Shown here: piece after piece, positions 36,672 to 49,652 of the stretch | Layout of the letters: the number at the start of each line of letters is the position of its first letter | How positions within the stretch are numbered: position 1 is the stretch's first letter | Assembly (NCBI RefSeq): GCF_052425735.1 | Contig: NC_135763.1 | Span: 1,426,001-1,490,000, forward strand | DNA length: 64,000 nt | Reading direction: 5' to 3' | From: Oculina patagonica | Taxonomy: Eukaryota | The notes under the pieces: model-generated | Databases searched by the model: none | Told to the model about the DNA's origin: nothing | The model's input: the letters and a program-made list of their open reading frames with translations, nothing else | Translations under genes and position numbers: made by a program

Positions 36672-39159
36672 CCTTACTTCAACATAGTTTTGCGTAATAA
36701 AAACACATTAATTGCCATTAACCTTAATGTTTTTCGTGAATTACAATCTTTAATGAACGTAGAACGAGCTATTTTTTGGCACATACGCACAGAATACAAT
36801 AGGAATGATGTCAACAAGCCACGCCTTGACACATTTATAAGGCTTCCTTTTCAACTGGGATGACCGTTTTTTTGGGGGGGGGGGGAATATAGCAGCGCGA
36901 TTTAGCAGCAGCACGAAGTAACATATAAAGGTTTTGAGAAATCACACGATGCTTTTTAAATACATTTCTCGTAACAAAAATGTTGCCCCCAACAATATAA
37001 TTCATTCACTTGACAATTACTGTAGAATAAATGTGAATTCCGTTGCCCGATAGGTAGCACAATGTCTTGTTTTTTGTTATTATGGCCATCGCATGTATGA
37101 GAGATCAATAAGGTCATTAAGCCACGACTTCACGCCAAATCACACGCTTCGTTCTTTTGACCAATGAACGATTAGAATTGTTTATGACACACCCACTTAT
37201 TATGTTTGCATGAGACGTAGCGCTATTGTTTCGCCTACGCAAGAAATGAGACGAATGACGTCATTAACCCGCGCCCTATTAACACTTGAATGTTTTCTTT
37301 TATTTATAACGAATAAACATCTCAAAGGGAATATGACACACCCATATATTGATCGCATAAACGTAGCACCGTTGATTGGCCTACGTAAGGAATAAGAGCT
37401 GACGTCATTAAACCACACAATTTGTAGCCAATCAAAACCAAGCATTTTTAACTATCCCAATGCTATGTAGTAGCCCACCTAGACTTTCTAAAACTCGTTC
37501 ACTTCTTGTTTCCGGTTTGGTGGTAGTAGAAAACCGCCGCTGTCGAGCCTTTGCACTTCGCGCTCTGTGAGCTCGACTTTTAAGCAAGTCTATAGCTCAC
37601 TTAATAACATGCTTTGCTGGCGGGACTGTACTGGGGAACATTGTGACACCAGACTTTTCTTTCCTTGAAAAGGGAAATGGTAACAGAACTTTTCCTGCAA
37701 TGAGTGTCCATTAAACCTTTTTATTATATTATTATATTATTATTATATTATTATATTATAACACTAGCTGGCGAAGAAATTCACACGACGCAGGTGGGGT
37801 ACGTAGGAAAAGAACTAACTGGAAGCAAGCCTCTAGGCAGCAAGAGGATGGAATCCTGTCATTAGCTACAGGATGCCAAGTAACCGCGGCATCTGGATTT
37901 CAGGCAGGCCAAGAACTTCCACACATAACTACACTTCAATAGTACTTTATTGTCTTTTTGATGTATTTTAAGCCGTGAATATCGAAATACAATCACTATG
38001 TCTTCAGTTTATGCTAGCCATTGCCTGATCGTTACAGCAGTAATGAATAAATATTTACAAAATAAATAAATAAATAAATAAATAAATATAAATAACAGTA
38101 CAGCAAGTGTACCTTTCGCGATTACTGACTGGTCTAGAGTGTTCCATATTTACGTAAAAAAAATTTCAAAGTTGGGTTCTTTTACCCCTTCAAAACTATA
38201 GTAAGCCACCTTAAATAAGATTTCAAATGTAGAGTAAAAACAATATTGAATAGTAAACAACTGAAATACAGTTATCTCGTTCGTGGTATATGAAAACCGT
38301 CGGTCATTTTGTAGCATATTTATCTCAAAACACAAATATTATGCGCTAGGAAAACACTCCCGGTGCTGTATCTGACACAGCAAAGCCGGTGAATGCTGAA
38401 ACAGTTACACTAAATACGTTTAATTTCGCGCCGGGCTTACCATACAAAAAAGAACAATCTCTGATTGAGCAGTTAAAAGAAATATCAAAATATGCTCGCC
38501 TGAAAACCATCAGAGCGATAAAAAAAAACCTATAAATGTGGCTAAAAAAGCTATATACATAGCATAGCATAAAAAAGTGGCAACTATTTCCAAATTCGCA
38601 ATCTAATTTGCTACACAAATGTCTGGCTCTACTATTGTTAGCATAAGACGAAACCCCTTGCAGCGTTTGCGCCCTTTTTTGGCAGATTGCGGCCGACTGA
38701 ATGTCAAACAAAAATATCACTAAATAAATCAGAAATATCGGTGTTCTGTGTCAGAAGATCGGCCACTGGGTTATTTGCTTAAACAATAGCACTAGCTTGT
38801 CAGGTTAATATGTCATATCTGCATAGCATTACTAAACTTATAGGAACAAGGCAACATCGCCTAGTATAGGCTGATTTAGCACATGATGTTTTTTGTAGAA
38901 AAAGTTGTAAAACGAGTTTTTTTTTTGGAGTAAACTATGATAAACGAAACTGTTCAACAATTTGAACAGTTAGTAAATGTTATGCAAATATGACAAGAAT
39001 TGCTTGCTATCGGATTCTATCTACTTTGATAACGGCACTCGGGGCTAAACCCCTCGCTAATCATCATCTGATAGAACCTTGACCTCACTGTCTAATTTTT
39101 AAGAAGATGAGGAGAAATAAATCTTGTAGAGTAGCGACTTAACTTGGTTAACTTCGCCA

Positions 39160-41225
39160 TCATTGGTCTTCATATGAAGCATGTGCAGAAGCTGTGCCAA
39201 AAAGCATCCGGGCATCACGCATCATTAATTTACTATTTGGATAAGGCACGTGACCAAAGTATTGAAAGTAGGGACCAGTTGAAACAGAAGTTGAAGCAGT
39301 CCTCTTACTGGGCAGCCGCTGTTCTTTTCGCCATTTAACCCGTCTGTTCTTGAACCAGGTCTAGAAGAAAAAATTAAACTTACTATTGGTATGTTGATAA
39401 ATACAAAGATGGTTAGCTGCTAAACTTGGTCATACTGTAGTACGAACTGTATTCAGCTTGTCATGAGTATATGGGACGAAGAAAATATAAGTTTCTACTC
39501 CCCGCGCGTACGCTCACTCGACAACCAAATTTTTTTGGCTTTATGATGGGTTTACCAAATTTCCTTACCCATGGTGCTCCACTGGCAAGCTTCGCGCGCT
39601 AGAGCTCCACTATATATTAATCACATAACCAGTTAATCTCCACTAACAATAATCTCGCAGCACTAAAAACATGTTGTAAATGATGTTAATGTTGTAGATG
39701 TACCTGAATTATTTCATTAGAAACCCCCAACTGCTGTGATAGCGATTGACGTTTCTGAGGTGAAATGTACTGTGATTGGACGAATGTCTTCTCAAGCTCG
39801 CAACGCTGATAGGCAGTAAATTGGGTTCTCAAGCATTTAATTGGCTCGTCCACGTGATGTCCCATTATTCCTTGGCCTGCTTGTGATGGCAAATCTGCAA
39901 AAATTAAAAAGCATAAATTTAAAAACAGCAACAAAGAATTTGGTCTGTCGGGCAGGGTTTGCACCGCTGGGCAGGACTTCGCTCATCTCGTTTTAATTTT
40001 TGTGTTTTAATTTTTATATTTTTAATCACGGTGATTATATTAATTGTGTAGTAGTGAGCATTTTTATGTCTTATATTTCAATTAATTTAGATTTTGGGTT
40101 TTTAATTTGTGGAATATCTGTAAACTAGCCGTATGGCTAAGTACTGATTTCACGTAAATAAAGTATCTGGGCTCCGGATCGAAAAGACCGCCGCGACCGT
40201 TTTTAGTTCGAGCTCTGGTCCTGGTTTTTCTTCTGTACTTATTTGTTCTTTTGTAAGACACTTTACACTACTTGAACGGCGAAGGGGCAACCCAACAAAT
40301 TGCTAGGGTTGACCCATGATAGAAAAGCGTACCCAAATCAGATATACAAACATACTTCAAAGCTATTATCTCAAAGGAAAAGTAATTTTTATTAGAAGGA
40401 GAAAACTAACGATAGACTTGCGGTTTATTTCTTTCCGTAACGGTTAACATGAGTGTTAAAAATTAATTTTCACTGTTTTAAAGGTTAAAAATTAATTTCC
40501 ATTGTTGTGAGGTAAAAGTAATTTTCTGTTGCTGTTAAACATGTTTTAAGATCTTAGGATCATTCCGGGATGAGTTATCTAGCCTATTTTATTTTAAATT
40601 ATAACGCCGCTAATTTCCACGAGGCTGTAAAGTTTAATGTCGAATTTCTGTTGGCCGAACTTTTTGGCTTATAATAGTCGTTACGGGTTAACTTGTTTTA
40701 CAGGTAACGGTTAAAATGTTTCAATTTTATGCCTAACGGCAAATGTTTGGCCATATTACGGCTAACGGTTAACCCCATTGAGACCATCTCAATACTGTGA
40801 ATTTATTTCAGCATTCTAATTTGTTTGAACAGCATGACAATTTATTCTAGAAAGCACAAATTTGGAATCGTACTCTACATTTTTAACAGCGATTTTTTGC
40901 GTATATATCCAATTTTTTGCTTAGAAAATCGTTTAATTGAAAACTATATTTAAAATTACATTCATGCGTTAATTCTTTTTTTTCGAATTTAGTTATATGA
41001 ACTTTTTCAATCATTCAAAAAAGACTAACCTTTTTTCGTGTTAGGACCGATGTAAAAAGTCGGACCTTCCTGTTGACAGTTGCTGACATTTTGGGCAAAT
41101 GAAATAGTCACAGGTCTGGGATAGCCAGCTGTCATGGTTGGTGGTGATAGACTCGGTTTAGTGAAATAACCAGTCGCACCTGTTCGAATCAAGTCAACAC
41201 TGCTAACAAACGGAGAAAACGCCAT
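39160..41225 (-). CDS. Divergent K50 homeobox gene HB2, 3 exons, 195 aa
   Basis: Exons 41225-41030, 39894-39704, 39360-39160 (588 nt, in frame). Homeodomain IKCLRTQFTAYQRCELEKTFVQSQYISPQKRQSLSQQLGVSNEIIQ|TWFKNRRVKWRKEQ. Confidence 0.9.
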
Positions 41226-41272
41226 GTCAGTCCCGAGTGAGTACTGGTCATTACTGAGTTCAGGCGAGGCAA

Positions 41273-41279
41273 TTTATAT
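41273..41279 (-). promoter_or_regulatory. Putative TATA box of HB2
   Basis: ATATAAA about 50 bp upstream of the ATG at 41225. Confidence 0.6.
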
Positions 41280-42182
41280 CCTCAATCTGTAATCAGTCTA
41301 CGTAATTATCAATGTTTTCGATCCAAATTACGTTAAAATTTTGTTTATTTGAATGCCTGTTACGTTGGTACCAACGTAGAGCCATTGATTGAATAAACAA
41401 GGATTAAAATAAGATTGACGTCATCAAACCACGCCTTAGCAAAACACACAATGAACACTTGAAAGGAATTACCTTTTTATAGATTGATTAGGTGTGGCTT
41501 GAACGTAGAGTTATTGTCTTGAATACGCAAGTAACCCAAAGTCAACGATCTGGAATGACGTGTTATCGAATGAGTAACGTCCGTAAATTTAATACCTATC
41601 CAACTGTTTACCATGCTGGGTAAAGGAAATGTAACTATAGATTAAAAATACACTAGTCACACTAAACTCAGACAATTATGCTTCAAACTCCTTTATTTGC
41701 TTTTTTTAATTTTGAAATATTTCCTTGAAATAAAAAGAAAATAGCAATGTGTTTTCCTTGCTGTCTCTCGGCTAAGTGTTTTCTTGTTTTGTTGTATGAT
41801 CCGCATGGCAACCAGGAAAACATGAGCTGATTTTAAAGTACTGTCGTCAAGATGACATAAATAGGACCTGGAATTGCATATTTTTGGTTTGATTGTGACG
41901 TTATTGCTTAGTTGAGTCTGTTATTTTTTTTATTGATTATTACTTATCCGTTACGGATGAGCTATTTCCCCCAAAAAGGTGTCAATGATTTCGTCAGAAA
42001 GGTATTAAAACAGGTAAATGCAGTTATATCAACTCATAATATACCACTTCTATAGATATTTCTTGTTAAACCCCTTCCAAGAACAACACTCTTTGTTTTT
42101 GTTTGTTATTGTGGTCGTCTTGGTAACTTAACCTAATGACGTAACTGCTACGCCAGTAAAATAATGCTTTCTAGCTATTTTT

Positions 42183-42700
42183 AGAGGGTCTGAATGGGGG
42201 TACCTCGATAACACTAAACACCTATTTTTTTTTTGGGTTCTGGAACAAAAAACAGTAAAATTTTAGGCATTTTAACACTAACAGTAAAAAATTCACTGTA
42301 ACAGTAAATTTTATCCAGAAAGAAACAAAAACAGCTCCAAAGAGGCAAATATCATTTTGTTTAGTATATCAAGAAGTTTTCATCCATTTTCCGACGATTT
42401 CCGATCATTTAGGAAGATTTCCGAATACTACCGAAGATTTCCGAAGACTACCGAGATATCCGGAGACTTCTGAAGATGGCGAAGACTACGGAAGATTTCC
42501 GAATTCCGAGGAGGAAACCGCAAATTTTCTCTTATTTTATGAGTGATTTTTTGCTAAAAGACACGAAAAACCATCCAAACACTTAACAGTATTTTCTCTG
42601 GAAACTTTAAACATTAAAAAATTAGATTGGCCAGTATATAATAAAACACTAAAAATTATGGGCAAATAACACTAAACACTAAACCCCATTCAGAAACTCT
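42183..42700. mobile_element. MITE
   Basis: AGAGGGTCTGAATGGGG ... CCCCATTCAGAAACTCT TIRs; internal AACACTAA and CCGAAGA repeats. Confidence 0.65.
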
Positions 42701-44659
42701 TTTTAGCTTGTTATTTTGGGGGAGCAAAGATGGCGCCTTCCACCAATGTGGCCCGGGTTCGATTCCGGCCAGGTGCCATATGTGGGTTAAGTTTGTTGTT
42801 GGTTCTCACCTTGCTCCAATTTTTTTTTTTTTGGGAACTCTGGTTTTCTTCCCTCCTGAGAAACCAGCTTTTTCAAATTCCGATTCGACATGGAAAGAGG
42901 ACCCGCAAGAAAACTAATTCAGGGAAAGCAAAATTTAAATTGTTGCTAATCCTGCAGAATTTATATTTGTATCGTAGAAAACCTAAAAATAATGGTACAC
43001 TTTGATTGTCGCACATTTCAATGCAAGCTCTGTCGCGCCGAAGTTGCATCAAGTTTCGCACAGGTTCAAAACTCCTGCGATATCGCGGCAACTTTATCGC
43101 CACTTACTTACACGAGTGTAAACTCTCGGCGATTAGGAGACTTCATGCAACTTCGACGCGAGCGACAAAAATTGCATATAGTTGCGCGACAAATAATGTT
43201 TTTCATCACAAGGGAAAGGGCGCATCCCAAGGGCACTTTGATTCCCTTGATCTGTTATTGCAAAGGAGGATCAGATAATAAATAGCCCTTATGCATGTTT
43301 TCGCCAGACTGGCTAGTTTCACCACCAAGCCTCACTTTCGAAGTGCAAAGTTGTAAATGTTATCATGAACCAATAGACCATTTTCGTATTTTTGGTACTG
43401 GATCGAAACTAGCTGCAATGCGAGGCTAATGCGGGTAATCTTTTTAAATGCAATTGACGTAAAGCTCTTTTTAATGATGCCCCCTCCTCCCCCACGCAAT
43501 AGCCTCCATTGCAATTATTTCCAGTTCAATACCGACAATACAAAAAGGTCTATTCCCAAAGCAGCAGAGATGTAAAGAATACCCACGTGATAACTGCATG
43601 AAGGTTGTATGCGTTGTGTATAATTCGCGTAAACGAGGCGGGCTTGGTGGTGAATTTTGATCATATGACGTTATCGTGCATAAGGCTTATTTAAGGAAGG
43701 AGGGTCATTTTTAAACTCCGCTACAAAAAAAGCAGCCGAAAAACCTGTTTATTCCAAGCCTCACTCACGAAAACAATCTACGAACAAACAAAGCGAAATA
43801 GCATCAACGACGTCAGTTAATAATAATAACAATCGCCTTCCACGCTTCTTCGTCATCATCGTCGTCATCATCATCATCAACATCATCGTCATCAACATNN
43901 NNNNNNNNNNNNNNNNNNNNNNNNNNNNNNNNNNNNNNNNNNNNNNNNNNNNNNNNNNNNNNNNNNNNNNNNNNNNNNNNNNNNNNNNNNNNNNNNNNNN
44001 NNNNNNNNNNNNNNNNNNNNNNNNNNNNNNNNNNNNNNNNNNNNNNNNNNNNNNNNNNNNNNNNNNNNNNNNTTTATCATCATCATATTCATTAAGTCAT
44101 CTTTGTATGGAGGTTATTTTTAACGCCGGATAACAGACAGAAGCAATTTGTAAGAATATTGAGCCTATAGTTTCACTCAGAATATAAATTGTTCCAGTAA
44201 ATGTGGCGCGGTACCAAAGAAGTCGACATTGTAAACCCTTTTAATTAAATCAGGACAGGTATAATTTGATTCAGACTCCCGTAGTACAGCAAACACAACT
44301 GACGCATTTTATAATAATTTGACAAAATGTTTATTTATGCAATTTAGTTTGCTTTAGTCGCATACATAATCAGACACGAATTCAAATTGCCCAAGTGCAT
44401 AACGTCCTGGGTCACTAAGTCAGTTACACTTTACCTTCAAGGGCTGTACACGGCTGGCTACTCTGGCCCTCGTAGGTTTATATTTGTTTTCATTTATTAG
44501 AATCTCATTTTAGTCTTGTACATGCAAAACGATGGTCCGTGGTCGCATCAATAGCGAAATAGTCGTAGATAGGAAATTCGAATGTTTTTTTTTTCTTCAT
44601 GCAGGCCAAAACAAATGGGGCCGGAGCTGTAACGAGAATGGTTGGTCATAACAATGCAT

Positions 44660-45548
44660 GATTCCACTGACTTTCAATATTGCATGTATAGGGCTGAACT
44701 TGGTAAATTCCCTCTGATCATTGATATTAATAAGAAGGTACTAAGATATCTAAATTACCTAGTACACCAAGAGGACGAAAACTCTATAGTCAAACAAGTC
44801 TTAAAAATATCGACTGATCTCTATGGTAACGAAAAAACAGTTTTTTAACTTTAACTAAAGTTCATTAAATGATTGAGAAAATTAAACAACATATTGATAT
44901 CATGAAAGAGAAGTATATTTTGTATTGTAACCAAACCGTACAAAATTCGCAAAAACTTAGTTTTTCTTACACTATTAAAAATAACTATTGCCCTTCTGTC
45001 TCCCTAGATTTAACAAGCAAAACCCTTTTAGGGAAACATTAGTTAAACTAAGGATACGCTGTCACAAACTTAGGATTGAAACAGGTAGATACGACAAAAT
45101 ACCTCGTAATGAAAGATTATGAAACTTCTGTACTAATTGCAACAACATTGAAGATGAAAGTCACTTTTTGTTAGATTGCCCAACCTATTCGCACATACGA
45201 GACACAGCCTTCTCAGAAAAGAACTTAAAATCCCATTTTTACGGTTACTATCACATGAAACCTTATTATCATCTTATGAATTCCACTGACTACTTTGTAA
45301 AAATTCAGCAAATTTCATTTATCAAGGCATGCTTTGAATTGAGAGACAATCTCGTTACAATGATTACCACCTTGAATAGTTAAAATGAACGATTATTGTA
45401 CTTATTTTATTTTATTTCATTTTATGTTATTTTTTGTTTTACTTGTTATCTTTATTAATTAAATCATTAGTAATTAAATTTAAGTAGCTTTTGCTACACT
45501 ACTTTATTTTTATGAAGTCATGCAAATAAAGCTTGTTGTTGTTGTTGA
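44660..45548 (+). mobile_element. Decayed 3' end of a LINE (CR1/L2/RTE group)
   Basis: Frameshifted RAELGKFPL...HKLRIETGRY.KIPRNERL...C..IEDE.HFLLDCPTY, followed by AATAAA and a (TTG)n tail. Confidence 0.75.
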
Positions 45549-45550
45549 CT

Positions 45551-45737
45551 TAGCCTGTTCCAGGCCTTCGGATAGTTGGGAAGCGGCACAAGAAACGGCG
45601 AGCGAAAAAATGGGGAGGGGACTAAGGCGAGGGGGCGAGAGTTCCCTCGCTCGCTCTCCTCCCCCCCCCCCTCCCCTTATTTTTTTTGCTCGCCGTTTTT
45701 CGCGCTTCCCAACTAACCGAACGCCTGGAACAGGCTA
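45551..45737. mobile_element. TAGCC-type MITE with 9-bp TSD
   Basis: TAGCCTGTTCCAGGC ... GCCTGGAACAGGCTA; TSD TTGTTGACT. Confidence 0.85.
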
Positions 45738-46043
45738 TTGTTGACTCAAACACCTAGCAATTTTGTTTTCAATATATATACAATGAAGGTCAACCATAAA
45801 TAAATGTTTCAGGATACATCATTACTTATTTAGTTAATTATTAGTTAGTTATAAGCCCTCAGACGTACATGCAAGTCATACTTCCATGACCATAAATATA
45901 GTGGTGGGGGCGAGGGTTGGGGTGGTGTGTGTGAGTGTGGGGGGGGGGAGGGTTGGAGGGTCTACGGACCCCCATCCACTCCACTATTTTTCGGTAGCTT
46001 TTCAGTTTTCGATAATTTAAGACGACATTAGAAAATGAAACCT

Positions 46044-48168
46044 CTATTGGAAATCTGACGAAATCTCTTGTAAGTCTGAGAGTTTTTTAGTGCTGTTGCT
46101 TCGTCGATTTGGAAGAACCAGTATGCGTATGTCAGCGGTCTTTGTTTGGACAGAGGCGGCTGTATTTGCAGGCTTGTGCAGGTTGTGCTCTACAGAATAT
46201 CCAGGATGTATTATCATCATGGTACTATATGGATATGGCACGTGACCAAAGCACTGGACGTAGGGAACTGGAGCCAAGGAAACAGGCCGCATATACTGAC
46301 ACTGTTCTCGACGCCATTTTACTCGTCGGTTCTTGAACCAATTCTGAAAAAAGCAGCAGAGATTGTTTTCAGGAATACGTATTTACATCAGTTCGCTAAT
46401 GAAACACTATTCGAATTTTCCATTTGCTACTATTTTGTTAACCACATAAGGAAACGATAGTGCGTTTGAGTTGCTAATTTTTCCTGCGACTGCCATGTTA
46501 CAGAACACTAAAGAAAAGACGGAAAAATCTACTGCATATTGACGAGCAAAGCCAAGCCACCATTAGTGGATTTCCAGTTAACACCAACACCTTCATTGCA
46601 TTTTCAAGTAGCACTTAATCATGGTGACACTAGAACTGTCTCTGCTCTCTTATAACTCTTTGATACAGTTGTGCAAACAGTGTAAAGTGCGTTACCTTAA
46701 CACTCCCTTCAGACAGGCCCAGTTCTTGGGATAACGATTGGCGCATGGGTGGTGTAATGTATTGTGATTGGCTGAATGCTGCCTCTAACTTGCCCAGCTG
46801 AGAAAGAGTAAACTGGGTTCTCCTTTTTTTCGTTTTCCTCGTCGATTCAGTCAAGCGCTGACCAAACCTTCCCTGCACCTGCATAGCTATTAGAGAAGAA
46901 ACAAAGCCCAGAATTTCTCAGTGACAGATGTAATTAAGTTTCAAAGCATTTAAATAACGAAAGGAAAACAACCACAGCTGGTTTGTCTTATTCGATCCGA
47001 GGTTAAAGTTCAAGAAAACGTGGGTTTAATCGGGATTCTATTGCCATTCCAGCTACGACTCGAGGGCCGACGCCATATTTGCTCACCGCCCCACAGGAGC
47101 TTCGTGCTTTCGCGGTCTGAACAAAATTTTGGTCAGTGAATGAGCCAATCAGATTACAGGAAATCGTATATCCAGTTTTTGGTTATCAGCCGAACTGTTA
47201 GCAGGTTTTAACAAAGAACAGGGCCTTATACGAAGAAATAAAAGATTTAGGACTTATACCATGTAGTAATCCAAATAATTTTGTCCATGTGGAGCTAATA
47301 AATATTCAGAATATTGAATTCCTTTTAACAACAAACCTTGAAATGTGTTTGCACTGTTTGGTGACCCTGTAGGATTGTCCCATCCGAGGTCGATAAATTT
47401 GTTTCCAGTTGATTCAGACACGTGTTGTATTCCTTGAGACTGCAGATCTAACAGGTGTATTAATTTGAATATCAGTACAAAAATCTTCTCAGTTAAACAA
47501 AACTATTGGCGAATGCTCAAAATGTGAAGGGGATAAAAAAAAAACTAAAAACTGAGGAGCAGGGGACCCATGATGAAGGTGCTCGGACTTGGTTAATTTT
47601 TGCGCGTAGAATAACCTTCGAGCAGAATAAGCAAAAAATGCCGAGAACAGGCATAAACGCGCAACCGAATAATTGTAGAAGATCAAGAATGAAATGATTC
47701 TAATTCGAAGTGCATCAGCGATGAAAACAAGAGTACCCAGTTCAGTCAGGGAATGTGTAAAGTTCGGAAAATAAAATCGCAACAGGAACTCCCAAAGAGA
47801 ACAAACGGAATCTTTTCCACTTAAATGCAGAAAAAGAATTTGAGAAGCAGCAAGAATATGGGCAAATTTATGAGAATAATTTATCCTACCCTAACTGCGA
47901 TTTGAAAATTTTTCCATTACTTAATTTGCTCTTTAATTCTCAAAGGGGCGAACATAAATTTCTTTCAAGACAAGGAAAAAGAAAGTTATCGATTCGGTAT
48001 CTGCAGAATCGTTGTTTTGAGCTGGGGGCTCGAAAAAAGAGTTTACAATTCATCAAACTAACCGTCAAGTTGGTCCCTACTGTCTCGCATACTGTAGGCA
48101 AAGTTGAAAACTTTTGGCACAGTTGTCGAGTGGTCAGATACAGGAAGAGGATGATTGGATGGGTACAT
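46044..48168 (-). CDS. Divergent K50 homeobox gene HB3, probably 4 exons, about 235 aa
   Basis: Firm exons 46886-46696 and 46343-46044, homeodomain TKKRRTQFTLSQLGKLEAAFSQSQYITPPMRQSLSQELGLSEGSVK|NWFKNRRVKWRREQ. Predicted 5' exons 48168-48063 and 47447-47337 (phase-compatible, GT-AG, TATATAA at about 48231-48238). Confidence 0.82.
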
Positions 48169-49243
48169 GGTCCAAGCAAGAGTGATCAGCACCAGTCGGG
48201 AGCAGACAGCCACTGCAGACTCTATGGGCCTTATATATCTTTTTTGCCCTGCGTTGTTTTCTTTTCAGGTTGTTTTTTGCTTCCTCGATTAACGTCATAT
48301 TTCTGACGCCCTTTTTTTTTTAGAAAATTTTAATACGAAGCGGTGCTGGTTAAAGGCTACGCCTTCTTGCGCTGACGTCAAGTGCTGTGAACTTCTGGTT
48401 GTTATGAACGGCCAGACAGTGAGACTTTCCTAATTTGCTTAGAAAATAACATGAATTTACAAAAACTCCTTTCGTTGACCTTCTAGTTTAATATAATGGA
48501 ACATCAACGTTGCAGGGCAGTTTTTTTTTTTTTCACCTTCAATACTTTACCTTAACAGTTTTTAACCTTGACATTCGTCTTATTTTTATGAGAAAATGTG
48601 TTTTGATGGTTGTCGTGGAAACAAAAACATAAACATGTTAATACTTTAACCATTAAAGGATATTCTAATATTGGAGAACAAAAATAGGGGTTGTCGTCTT
48701 TATGACGTCAATGGTTGACACAGCAACGATATCGCCCGTTAATTATTGTGAGTTGTCACAATATAAAATGCATTGAACATGAGTGCAGTAGGCAAAGAAT
48801 AAATTACATTACAGTTAATTCTTCACTTTCCAGCTGCTAATATCAGTACTGCATTCTGTTATTACCTTGCGAAGAATTACCAACTTAATTACCCACGACT
48901 TTCTTCTGGCTGTAGCTCAGTCGTAGCTCAGTCGTTAGAGCAACGGTGTTCTAATCGATAGGTCGTGGTCAATGTTATCTCACGGAGGTCAAAGATTTTT
49001 CGTGCCATGTGTGGTCTCCGCTTTTAAGTTTCTACGACTAACAATCACAGTGGCATTCTTAAGTTATTTTCCAGCACTTTAAATTATCTTGTCAGAAATA
49101 ATTATTTACTTTCCAGATTTTAATACCAGGGCTTTGAGGAGCAATATTGCATTCGTTATTGTCCCCTTAACCTAAACACCAGATTTTATTTCTGGTTTTG
49201 TGCAGCAAACGAAGCAAGGAGTATTGCTACTTCACCCTGTTGT

Positions 49244-49652
49244 CAGGGGCACCCAACGGAATATTTCGTTAAAATATCTGTTCGGAAGACGATTTGAGAT
49301 CTAGAATTTTCGGAACATTCATTGTAAATTTTTTTGCTTGCCTGCCTTTCCTAGGATTTTCGAATATCTAAAAAATGGTATAATTGTTCATTTTTAACGG
49401 ATTTTTACTCTAAAAAGGTCACCTAGAATTTTCGGGAGCCTTTCTCTGGCTGGAATTTTTTCGAAAAGGTAAGTTTTGATCCCTATAACTTTCGGATCAC
49501 TAGACTTTCAGCTTAAGGAAATCCGAACCGGATAAAAAAATTTTAGGGGATAAAAAATATGCCTATATCTACCGTTTAAATACTAAAATACGTTCAACGG
49601 TGCTATCGTATCTTTAAGTGGTTTTGAACTATATTCTCGATGGGTGCCCCTG
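49244..49652. mobile_element. hAT-like MITE
   Basis: CAGGGGCACCCA ... TGGGTGCCCCTG; TGTTGT duplicated on both flanks. Confidence 0.7.

Noticed and set aside
33599-46245. CACGTG E-box at the same coding position in all three homeobox genes
   Set aside because: Explained by His-Val codons of the conserved peptide; three copies cannot show nucleotide-level constraint.
33507-48168. Naming the homeobox genes Gsc, Otx, Pitx, Dmbx, Six or Hox/ParaHox
   Set aside because: They lack the family-diagnostic residues and flanking domains (YPD, eh1, OAR, SIX domain, hexapeptide, Q50); no symbol assigned.
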